Assembly (NCBI GenBank): GCA_023231475.1
Contig: JALJEE010001799.1
Coordinates: 1 to 42,038 of the forward strand
DNA from: Seison nebaliae
Lineage: Eukaryota
Length of the DNA stretch: 42,038 bases
Reading direction: 5' to 3'
Both the position numbers and the translations under genes were made by a program. The notes under the pieces were generated by a model, which did not search any database, was not told where the DNA came from, and saw only the letters and a list, made by a program, of their open reading frames with translations. The stretch's first letter is position 1. The number at the start of each line of letters is the position of its first letter. Below, one piece after another: positions 23,274 through 35,059 of the stretch.

Positions 23274-23827
23274 ATGAACATGCTAATCTTGTCCCTTTTA
23301 TTCCTTCTTTCAATCTGTTCAGTGTTCGCTCAAGAGTATTCGGAAGAATTCGACTTGAAACCAACCGAATATCAGAAACCACATAATCATCGAATTTCTT
23401 ATGTTAATTTTACTCTAAATTATTCGTCAATTCACATCATTTGTGTAGGAAGGAGTTAGTTGTGAGTTTGTCTACGAAGCACGAGGTGGAACAAATGAAG
23501 TTAAAATTAAAAGAAATTTTAAATTATTTTCTATTATTTTAGAAATGGAGATTAACAATTAATAAGGAACATTCTGATATTTATAATTGCGTCGTTGATC
23601 GAGAAGGTTCTTCGTATATGATGTTTGAGAATTTCCACATATACCTGCATAATGGTCGAGCTTTATCAATTAAATTGTTGGATTCCAGCAAGAAAGAAGT
23701 TCCAGCCAAATCATATGATGTTGAGAAGGAACGACGACACATACAATCAACATCGGAATTCGGACATTCAATCGGATCGATTTCGGTCCAAATCGAAAGA
23801 TCAGAAGTCGCTCCCCGTGATTTATAA
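23274..23827 (+). CDS. MYDGF: Myeloid-derived growth factor homolog (UPF0556) (exons 23274-23402, 23449-23499, 23543-23827; 154 aa)
   Basis: Signal peptide, FDLKP, CEFVYEARGGTNE|KW, C..R..SYMMFENF and C-terminal KDEL-like PRDL. Introns of 46 and 43 nt. Confidence 0.9.
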
Positions 23828-25871
23828 AATATCTCTAAATTAATTTTGTTGACACATCATCACATTTATTTATTCTCCTTTTTCGAACAATTCCTCACCA
23901 CATAAATTCCTCAAAAGTTGTCAATAAAAGATCACCGTCCATTTCCACGAGAAATTGATAAGGGAGAAGGAAGGAGGCGACAACAACTATAAAAAAACGT
24001 TTCTTGATAGTTTATTGCGGAAATTCCTTCGAGTGAACTACTGACATTTATTAAAACTCGTCATACCTAGACGTCTGATCATCGGAGAGAAATAGAGAAC
24101 AAATTCGTAAATAATTTGAATGATTCATTATTTTTGACTGAAATTGAGAAGATTAGAGAGAAACAGCTGCCCTTATCATTCTATTTATTAGACAGCGTTA
24201 TCTGTAAATAAGATAAGACTCCAAAACTGGTTTATCATATTTATCTCAAATTTGAATTGTCTCAATTTCCCAAATGGATTCTCCTGAATCTCTTACTGTT
24301 TCCATTACGTATTCCATCAGTTTCTTGTGGATCGCACGTTCTCCTATTAATGTCTTCTCTCCTAATAGTAATTTTAGAATAATTATTCTTTAATTATCTG
24401 AATGTTGTTCCGATGTCATCATGTCGAACATTTCACCTGACAACGAATAATCAGGTGATCTACAAATCTTTTCTTTCTTACCCAAATTTTCTTTAGTTGA
24501 CCAAATCTTTTGTTTTGGTCCGTTTCGAGGTGAGGAGTGTTTTTATAGAAATAGATTGAACGTTGAAACGATTAAGAAATTGTTTCTGGAATAATAATCG
24601 TGAGAGGAATGGAACCGTTCGGTTCGTTTGTGGAGGAAGAAACGTACCGAACGAACTAACTGGATAGATTAGGAATGGAAATTACTTTTCTTCCATTTCA
24701 TCTCATCTATATCGTTTCTCAACTTATCCGCTTCGCATCGCTGACAAATGTAACAGTTGTTAATTTACGTCTCCGTCCTAATAGTCATTAGGTTTTTCCT
24801 TCAAAAAATCAGAGGAGGAAAACTTTACAAATGAAATTAATGAGCAAAAATGATCAGTAATTCCATAAGCTTATTTGGAAGGAAACCAATCCAACAAATA
24901 CAAAGAAGTGAATGAGTGAAATGAACTATATTGTTTATGGTTCATTCTTAGACAGTTCAATTTCACTATGTGAATTCCGAACAGATTGATCTAAATACGT
25001 AAAGACGAGACTTCCCTTCAAATTCTTGGAAGAATGAATCATCACACGATATGAGGGAAGGGAGTCAATAATAATGAGAAAGATGAATCGACTACGAAAA
25101 AAAAAATTTGGTTGGATGAAATTGATTTGAAATATTTCTCTCGTCATCGTCATCGTGAAAATAAAGGAAGGAATGAACAAAACTTTTATTCGTCAACGAC
25201 ACTTCCCCATCGATCGGCATATTTTCCTCAATTATATTTATTATGATTATGAATTGACAATTGACGATAAGAAGAATTCATTTTATTTTTTGCAGTAGTA
25301 CTATTTCCGTTCGAGTTCCATTTTCCCTGAAGTGCCCTGCTCCTTTCAATTTCAACACAATTAATTCTGTTATTCTTCTACTACTATTGGTTTTCACTTA
25401 CGTTAGATTAATGTGAGAGTATAGAATCTATACTATAGATGATGGTGAGAATTCCATAATTAGTACCATTTCATAATTTGATTCTTTCCATTCTCCGTAC
25501 ACCAAACCACAAGTTGCGGTGAACGATTTGATACAGTCAATGAATTTATCATTCAAATGAAACAGACGATTCCTCCAACATATATGATGATTTATTTTTT
25601 AAAAATATTTGAAGATTTGAATTAATCGTTATATAAAGAAGTTTAATTAGGCGAATGATGGAAATGGAAGAAAGTTATGGAGAGACATAATTAATTTGTT
25701 GTCAATTCGTTTTAATAAAAATTTTTTCAATGATAACGACCTTTGTTTAATAACTATTCGAATCACGTTTAAGTGAAATGAATGGAATTCCGATTTTGCA
25801 ATTCTGTAATTTCTCATCGTATGTTCCATTATATGTCATACAATTTTTCTTCATGGATCATTCTCTGATTT

Positions 25872-25893
25872 GAGAGAGAGAGAGAGAGAGAGA
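25872..25893. repeat. (GA)n microsatellite
   Basis: About 11 GA units. Confidence 0.9.
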
Positions 25894-28800
25894 TAAATGA
25901 AGTAATTCTGTGTTGGAACGAACGAAATTTTCGAGGATGATGCACAGTCAATTTAGAAAACATTCGTGAAAATTCTCATAAATTCACCCCCAAAACTAAA
26001 GAGACATTCCGCCTTAGAGGATGAAAAGAAACTTTTGATTTTCAATCAACCAAATCAAGAAGAAAAATAACATTCTTCAATTTCACCTTTTGGTCTTGTG
26101 GACGATGACGGAGATTGTAGAGGGTTTCATCATCTCATGATATGTTTGAGGAATTGAACGGAATTCAATTAATTCACATTCCATCAACAAATGTTTTCTT
26201 TCTTCTTTTACATTTCTTGCGATTAATTGAACGTCGTCTACTCATTATCATATGCATGATAAATGTTTATCTGAAAGAAATTTTTTCATTTCAATTTCCA
26301 TTTTTCATTTCGTCGTTTCTATCTCATTCTCTTATGAGAATTGTTGATATTCTTTAAAAAAACGAACATGTCAACTATGGCGCATAAAGGAGAAGGTAAC
26401 AAGTGTTAGAATTAGACCATAGGAGGGTGATGGACTTACGTGTATCCCAAAGGAGAAATCTTCTGACCCTTCCTGTCAAATAGTCTTACCTGCATGATCT
26501 CATTGATGATATTTGTGATATACGAGGAGAAAGTTCAGTCGGGTAAGAAGGAGAATTATGTGGAAAATCCCAATTCACATATTCTCCTACTATAATTTCA
26601 AGCTGAACAAGTGGTGAGAAAGTGTTCGTATTCTCCTTGAATATCATCTAATGATTCGTCAATAATATTTACAAGATGAACATTGTAGAATGCACAATAA
26701 CTATGTCTATTTCCTGAAAAAAAGTTGAGACAAAAGAGTTGTATCTTCGAATTATAATTTCGTCAATATTATCTACGTTAATCTACGGAAGTTCGATAGA
26801 ACGTTTAGCAAGATTAGAGTTAGCTAATTATTATGTGTTGGACATTTGGGAAGAAGAGAAAGGAGATCGTATAATAAGTCGATAGCTGTCAATCACCTGC
26901 TTACACTATATGATGAAGAAAGGTTGAAGAATATTGGAAGTTTGAAAGCAAATTGGAAATCGACAAAATTTGCAATTTTCTCATTTCTTTGCTAATATAT
27001 CACACAATGTGAATTGATGATCTTCCGTATTTGATTCTTTCCATTTTCTATTTGTCTTCTTTCCTCTATTGTTTACATGTGCAACGATATTTTTGGAGGA
27101 ATATTTATCATAACTCTTTCTTTTCTTCATAATTATGATGATGTCGATAACTGACAATAATAATCGTTATTATCGTCAGCATATTGATAATGATGATGTA
27201 CCTTGTCAATTACAAGTATACATCATTTCTATCAATGATGACATGACTCTCATCAATTTTAACCCAAGTACATTTGTACTTTTTTATTCACTTGTGGAAT
27301 AAATGAAATTTCTTCCTTTGTTCTTGATTCTTCTTCCCTCATTGATCATGTGATTCGTTAGAGTTGCATCATTTGAGAAATCGTAAATATGGCAATTTTA
27401 AAAAAAGACAATTCGTAATTCAAATATTACTCTTATTTTATCCACATACCACATATATAATTCCTTTTTCTATTCAATTAATTCTATGGAAATTAATTAA
27501 TTAATTCCGTCACAATCATTCATTTTTCTCTATGATGATTATTTAGTATGAGGATGGTATATGTTGACCTCGTTCATAATATGACATCAATCAGCTTCGA
27601 TCAGGGAATTAAAATAACTAAATTCTGTTGTCTAGCCAATTTCGACGAACAATTTTCTTGCATCAAACTGTGTATGAAATATTGATTGTTTAATTATTAT
27701 TTTTTCAAATATGAATTGGCAAAACGAGATTGACGATCATCTTTCCTCTTTCCATCTTTATCGTAAACTAATGTTCGTTTTATTCTTAGTTCTTATCTCA
27801 ATACCATCAACCAAAATGTCGACGAAAATTTGAAGGTTCGACATTCCAAAAACCAGATTAATTCCTAAATAATCTTATTGTATGTGATTATGTGATTTTT
27901 CAATTCATTCTGCAAAATCAGAAAATGATTTACGTTAGTGTTATTTGTATAATGTTTAGATTATTTTTTTGTTATAAAAGAAATTTTAAATAAAAATTTT
28001 TAGTTTAAAATAATTCTAATATAAAACCGAAAAGAATCAAAGAGATTACAGTACGTAATTCTGAATAGACAACAACATCATAATCAGTTCATTCATGAGG
28101 ACAATAGACGAGAAGACATTCTCGATTATAAGATATTTGAATTATAATGCCGTTCAAATATGATTTCCGTAAGTGACGTGCCAAGAAGGAAATGGAGTGA
28201 ATCTCCTTCATTCCATCTTCATTTCATTCTTCTCCATTCCTGAATAATTTCATTGTTGTTTAATATGTTCATTTAAGATTATTTCACATTCCTCTTCATA
28301 TTCTTCTACTATTCTAATCCTAAAGTCTTCGAAACTTTGTCTGATTATTATCGGTATGAGAAGGAAATATCAATAACAGAAACAACAACAGCAACACCTT
28401 TCTATTCTCACTTCAAAGTTTCTCGTCTTTTGTTTTAAATCGTATTATGCATCACAGCTTTCCATCATTCCAATCGACTACGGCTTTCCTGTTAATTTGT
28501 GTTATGGGCAAAATGTATTTGCTTATGTTAGTTTGATGAAAGATTCATATGAATACGATCGTCGCCTCAATACTTCGACAAACAGATTTTAGATTATTCA
28601 GCTCCAATCGAACGTGGATTTTTTGATGCACTAACTTCGCTTTCAATTCGAAAGGAGATGCTCTTTATGCGCCCTTCAATTTGGGCTATATCACGAATTT
28701 TGAAAACTGTTATAATGAAAATTGTATGAAGGGAATTTATAAAGAAAATTGGAAGACTTTTAAAATTGTTCGAGAAGATCAAGATTATAAGAGAAATAGA

Positions 28801-31254
28801 GAATTAATTAGAATTAGATTCCTACTTAAATCCGAAAAATTTCCTCATGTAATTCAACCACAAATTTATTAAGGACAGATATGTTGTTAAGTGCAATTAT
28901 TAGATTTTACTTCATCACTAAACATGTTCTGCTCATATTACGGACTTCCGCACAAATTTCTTTATGTTTTATCACTTTAATTTCGATTGTAATTTTATGT
29001 AATAATAGATCTCTTCTCTTATGAGATATTTCATTTGGGTTATGTGTCATATGAATCCGTTCGTCTTCTTCCGCTTCGACAAGCAGAAATCATCTTTCCT
29101 TCTCCTTCTGATCATCGACAATATGCATTAGTTATCATCGGATTATGTGCAGCAAAAATAAATGTCATTTACACCTGTCACTCATTTAGTAGTTTTCTAC
29201 TGCTGCTTCTTCTTTATTATAATTTCTTCATATTATTATTAAGAATCGTCATTTCTTTTTCCCCAACAATTTTTTCAGTGCCGTTCTGATAAGTTGGAGA
29301 GAATGTCGGTAATCCATTGTTCCAAATCATTTAGCGAATTATCACTGATTGTACATATCGTCCTCCGCCATCAACTACCAGTTTCCATTGTGTATTAGAT
29401 TAATAATATTATCCTTGATTTGTTCTGCCACCTCATCAAATGGCAAGTCATCATCATTCAGCAGGTGTATCTTATATCTTATTATAATTGGAATGAGAGA
29501 TGAGGAAGGTCGACACCATTCCAACGTCATTATCAACTAGAATGAGCTATCATTTACTTCATTTGTTGTTCATCTTTCTTTCAACTCATTCCTCCCACCT
29601 CCCCATCAACAATCTATCTAACCATTCCATTCCATTCACTCATTCATTCATTCATCTGACTCGTTTCTCTCAACCAACTTCAACACCTATCAAAACACAA
29701 TTCATCCGGATGTACGACTGACATTGAATCATTATTATCGGTTAACAGAAAATTTATCAACACATCATTATTTGGTTCCATGCATATCCAGTCATAAACA
29801 TTGAATAGAAGACAATATCAATTTAGCGATTGCTTTGTCTGTTTATTCTGGCGTTAGTCAGCTCTCATTTCACTACGCATCGAACATCGACCGATTCATA
29901 ACGTTATCGATGCAACTAGATATCTCTCCTTCTCCCAATTGTTACCATCACAAAAATTACCAGCGGGCAAAGTATAATCCGAAAATTCATTTAATTTTTT
30001 TCTGTTATACTCGAAAATTAGTTTTGGGGAGGAAGTCTCTTCCATATCGACTTATCATTATTCGGATACTTCTCTCCAAATTTAGTTTCCATTATGAATA
30101 ACATCCATTCTATTTACATTTACAATCCAACACATTCCAATATTATTACCTGAATTTGTATAGTTAGTCTTCAAACAATTTCCGTAGATATCATCTTCCT
30201 CCTTTTATCAACCACTTATTATCAGCATTAGTTTTTCATTACAAATAACGTTATTCCTTTGACGACGATACCGATAATGATCATTATTGTGGTTGCATTG
30301 AAACTTATTTATGATAATTCTCATTATTCTAAATGTTATTAAATTTTCTTACCCTTACTCGTCGACCATTCTCTTGGCATTTTGAGGAACTATTACCTCC
30401 CATCCATCGACAGTCACTTCATTATTTCTTTATAATGAATGAGAAATTATTACATCAAATCATCAGTTACATATACTTCTATTTTGAACGACTTACTCTA
30501 TCCATATTCGTTGTGCATATATTCGTTAATAAATGGAAATTATTGAGTAGACTAATCATATCATATGTTCAAATTGATATGAAATGGAAACAAAAAATTC
30601 TCATTAATTACCTCAACTTATCGGCAGTCCAGTCGTTAGTAGTCGTCTCATCCTCACTCATCGACCACATTCATTTTCATCAGATAGTCAATTCATGCGA
30701 CGATAATCAGTTTAGAGGGGAAATTGCATATCTCTAATTTGAGTAATGGCAGCTGCCACAATAATATTCAACTTTCTTTCATTTCTCTTCTCTCGAATTT
30801 CGGTAGTTCATTTCCTATATAATGTTCGTTCGATGACTGGTGCCTTTGCCATGCATTGTCGATACAATTCAACTATTATTTACCCTAAATACATCAACTA
30901 CATCTGTCTGTAAGTTGAGTTGCCGATGAACATTTTTATTTAGATTTCTTCTGCCATTCCAAAATGAAAGTATAATCAATATTTGATTGCTGAATATATA
31001 TCCCATCGTACAGTCTTCAAACATCCGCATCATCATCCCTTTCTCTTGTTTCCCCTTTAGAAGTTTCACGAAAAAAATTTTTTTTCTCATTGAGAATCGA
31101 AATTGGAATAGCCATTCGGAATTGTTCAATCATTGTCATTCAATTGTCAAATGGAATTGAAATAAATGAGACGTAAAATGTTATCATGACTGAACTTCGG
31201 AAGTATGTCTGGTATCATAATCTCTCCAATAATCTCTTAGTACTTCTCAATAAG

Positions 31255-32519
31255 ATGTACAAAGATCTCTTCTTCATTTTCAACTTATTTATTATCATTT
31301 GTCAAATATCATCAATTTCTACAAAACAATACAATCACCATGAAATAAGTTGGTCACGAACTTTCTACAGGTTTTTTTTCCAAAATTCTTTTTTTTTTAA
31401 TTTTATTCCAAATTTGAATTTTTCTTAAAATTTAGAAGGAATTTTAATGAGAAACTTAACAAGTACGAAATCGATGTGAATATTGGTGATGTCGTCGATT
31501 TTACTTGTGAAGCATATAAGAGAAATAAGAATCGTCATCGACGAACTCAACATTCGATGCCAACTAATTATTTCATAAAACAATTGCCATCTCCAACAAC
31601 CAATACGAAACTGCCAATTTATGACTATCAATCAACAAACAAATTGCCTACATTAATGTTAGACAACGAAGAATATGAAATATTCCATGTCAAAGAGAAT
31701 GAGATGTTATTGGAAACATGTAACATTCAGCAATTTCTGCTTTTAGTCATTGATAACACTTATTTATACAAATTACGTCGAAATTATCAGAAAGCGAGAA
31801 GGAGTAACAAATCAAAATATACTCGTCCATATAATCTAATTTTCAAACATATTATGAGTTGTGGTAAGACCACGAAAAACAAGTATACAATGCAAATCAT
31901 CAAATATAATCCGATGCCTGGTGCTATCACATTCGACAAGAATTCTTCACATCATTTCATTGGTATAGTTTCTTCTTTTTTCATTAATTTTCACTTCTCA
32001 TCTTTCATAGCCTTTCCTCGTCATCTCATCAGACGAATGAAGAAATTTTATTTGACTCTTCGAAATTCGACTATCCACGACAATCAACTACAATTGCCAA
32101 AGGAGAATTCGCACAATTATCGGAATTCGGATTTGAGGACGAGAATATTAAATGAATGTTTCTTCCCTCATACAATTCAACAATCACTCCATTTAACTAT
32201 TCATGTGGAACGACCGTCAATCTCCATCACTACTACCACCACATCATCTAATATTCCCGAGAAGTTGAATGATGAATTAACTCCATCATCATTCTTAATC
32301 AATGAATATAATTCACTACAACTACAACGATTGAAAGGTTAAGATTATTATAAAAAATTTCGAAATAATTTGAAATTTTCAGGTCATCGTTTAAGATCTT
32401 ATCAAACTGCAAGTGGAAGTGAAAATTTAACAACTGATTTCTCTTTCACTTTTCTACTCATCACCAACATTTTCCTCTTAATACATTATCTGCAATCAAC
32501 AACTGGAAAGTTTTATTAA
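31255..32519 (+). CDS. Ephrin, probably GPI-anchored (exons 31255-31370, 31436-31962, 32011-32337, 32383-32519; 368 aa; upstream in-frame ATG at 31186)
   Basis: Signal peptide MYKDLFFIFNLFIIICQISS, then ISW, IDVNIGDVVDFTC, EYEIFHV..C, C..KYTMQIIKYNPMPGAITF..HHFI and C..LHLTIHV, the four-Cys ephrin domain pattern. Ser/Thr stalk and hydrophobic C-terminus without a cytoplasmic domain. Confidence 0.85.
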
Positions 32520-32801
32520 TATTTATCTTTTTCTATTATGTAAATAAAATTTTACGAATTCTTATTTATTTCTCATTCTAATTGGAAAATCCCGATAGGA
32601 ATAACAATCTAGTCTTGTGTTCCAGTATAACATCTAACAGTAACACAATACATGAAACTTGTCTTATGATTAGTTGTTTAATAAATAGATAGAACAACAG
32701 ATATTTATAAGTTCAATCAATATACATATTAATTAATTATGTAACAATAATTATTTAGGAAACTTAAAAAATAATTATTTCTGATGAACAATATTCGACA
32801 T

Positions 32802-32977
32802 CCCTATCATACAAAAACAAGTCTGATTTTAAGTACTCATCTGAGTATTTAATTAGAGGTTAATTAGACCGTTTTTCACCTTTTCGGTCTAAAGACACAT
32901 AATTTAAACGCTAAATAAAGTGATTTTTTTAAACCCTCAAAATTAGACGTTATTTAGCCTGATTTTGTATGATAGGG
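32802..32977. mobile_element. 176-bp MITE with CCCTATCATACAAAA terminal inverted repeats
   Basis: Perfect 19-bp inverted repeat ACATCCCTATCATACAAAA (32798-32816) / TTTTGTATGATAGGGATGT (32963-32981). AT flanks both CCC and GGG, a possible 2-bp target-site duplication. Confidence 0.75.
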
Positions 32978-33445
32978 ATGTTACGTTTTATATAAAGTCA
33001 ATCAAATAATGATACAATAAGGCTTACGAATAATTTTTAATGAAAAAAAGTCAAATAAATAAATAAATTTAAATTATTTGTTTAATGAACATTTTCAAAT
33101 TTAAGCTCATAAAAAGTAAAAAATTCTTAATCTCATTACTCGAACACTTCAAAGGTAAATTTTGTTGATCAGTTGACCTATAATAAACAAACGTTTCGAT
33201 ACCATATAAAAAATTATTGTATATGAAGAGTGGAAATAAGACGATGAAAAAGTTTAGCAATGGGAAGAGAAGAGGGACAATTTGTACCTATTCGTTGTTA
33301 TAAATAGACTAGTGCGATTCAATTTATTATTCATTTGTCGTTATAACTACAACTATAACTCGTTACAAAACATATATAATTCTTCGATAGATATGGAAAT
33401 TTAATTCAAAATTTTCTTAAAGGATTCTTTAGATGTTTGGCTTAT

Positions 33446-34489
33446 ATGTTTCGTTGGGTGATTCATTTTTCTCTTCGTCATAGGAACAGAAGTTTTGTTC
33501 GAAATCTTTCGAAACTTTCTTCCTTAAAATCGACCGTTATTACTCGTTCTATATCCAATGAATCATCAATTGATTATTGTATAAAATTGGTGAGAGCGAA
33601 TGATTATGAATTATATTTGTCGACTTTAGCAATCAGAAATCGATCGTTGAAACGATATGCTTTTATTCTTCGTTCACTCTCCATCGAGCTTTCTCGAATC
33701 ACAACTCGTCCCTCCGATCATAAAGAAGCGATAATAGGACGTTTGAAATTTTGGGAGGAGAGTTTAAATGAATTATCGTTAACGGGAACGAAAGAAGATT
33801 TCATCAAGAAACAACCGGTGTTGATGGAATTGAAGAATGAATTGGATAGAAATAAAATATCGAAATATTGGTTATTATCGATGGTGAAATGGAGAAGGAA
33901 AATATATGAAGAAAAAATTAATTCTCAATTCTTCTATAACAATTTAGATGAAATTGACAATTATTCAATGAAAGTTTTCAATCCCATATCGATGTTACTT
34001 TTAGAGAGAATTAATATGAAACATTTGGATATCGATCATCTTTTCGCCAGTCTCACCAAATCATTATTTATCGTATACACCTTGAAAACAATCAAATTAA
34101 CGAAATCGCCATATCTCCAATATAAATTAATTCCAGAACAATTACTTCGTCAACATCAATTGGAAATGAAAAGTTTTATGAAATTCCATCAAAATCTTAT
34201 TACAAATAAGAAAATGGAAGAAAACGAGAAATTTATGAAATTATTCACTGAAATTATTTGTGATATGACATCTCGTGGTTTCGAACATTTGTTAGCGGTG
34301 GATACTCGACTAAAAGAATTGAATGAGAAATTAAATGAAGATTTGAGAGATTTACTTCTTCCTTCTCTCATTTCACGTCAACATCTCAATCGACTTCAAC
34401 TTGAGAGATTTAATTTATTTTCAAAAAATTCATTTCGTCTCTCATCGTCATTTCTCTGGAGACTTTTCCGTCGTCAATTACAAAATTAA
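33446..34489 (+). CDS. NDUFAF6: NADH dehydrogenase complex I assembly factor 6 (squalene/phytoene synthase fold), intronless
   Basis: Arg/Ser-rich mitochondrial-presequence-like N-terminus, then YCIKLVRANDYELYLSTL..LRSLSIELSRI..RLKFWEESL..QPVLMEL..ISKYWL. Confidence 0.9.
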   Translation: MFRWVIHFSLRHRNRSFVRNLSKLSSLKSTVITRSISNESSIDYCIKLVRANDYELYLSTLAIRNRSLKRYAFILRSLSIELSRITTRPSDHKEAIIGRLKFWEESLNELSLTGTKEDFIKKQPVLMELKNELDRNKISKYWLLSMVKWRRKIYEEKINSQFFYNNLDEIDNYSMKVFNPISMLLLERINMKHLDIDHLFASLTKSLFIVYTLKTIKLTKSPYLQYKLIPEQLLRQHQLEMKSFMKFHQNLITNKKMEENEKFMKLFTEIICDMTSRGFEHLLAVDTRLKELNEKLNEDLRDLLLPSLISRQHLNRLQLERFNLFSKNSFRLSSSFLWRLFRRQLQN

Positions 34490-34624
34490 TGATTTATTTC
34501 AATGAATTAATTTTTTAGATAAAAATAATTTTTTTTTTAAATCGTTAAATCAGTAGTTGATTCTTTATCATTTTGTTTCTTAGATAAATTTCTTACAGAA
34601 ATCTCCATTGGCCAAGTTGAAGAG

Positions 34625-35059
34625 ATGAATGAGCAGAATGAAAAATTATTGAAAAGGAAGACAGGCATTCTCAAACGATGCATGAAAGATAAGATCAGTT
34701 ACATAAAAGAGACGGAAGAAATAAAGACGAAAATTGTACAGATGGTCGAGAAAAATGACGACGAATATAAAATCAAGAAGATGGTTCTACTTTTCGAATG
34801 AAGTGGAAGATGTTTTTTTAATTGAAAGATTTTTCAAGAAAGAAATTTTAGATGAGACGAAAATGATGATTCCACATTCCATGAGAACGATTCAAAAGGC
34901 CGCAGATGATTTGAATAAAATGATGATGGTTAAATTTCTTTTATGGAATTCTCTTATTTATTCTCTTTCCTTTTCAAGGAAGTGAAAGATGAAGTTGGAA
35001 CTTCAGAAGAATTTACGACCGCGAAAAAGTTGTTGGATGAAGCGAGTGATTTATTGTAG
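34625..35059 (+). CDS. TBCA: Tubulin-specific chaperone A (exons 34625-34783, 34839-34928, 34979-35059; 109 aa)
   Basis: LKRKTGILKRCMKDKISYIKE..DEYKIKKM|KEILDETKMMIP..|..EEFTTAKKLLD. Introns of 55 and 50 nt. Mostly missed by the ORF track. Confidence 0.92.

Noticed and set aside
26484..26500. U1 snRNA (CTTACCTG)
   Set aside because: No U1 stem-loops, U1A loop or Sm site downstream.
24935..31129. Short 60-134 aa ORFs in the long intergenic region
   Set aside because: F/I/L/S-rich composition expected from random AT-rich DNA, often non-ATG starts, and no motifs or exon chains.
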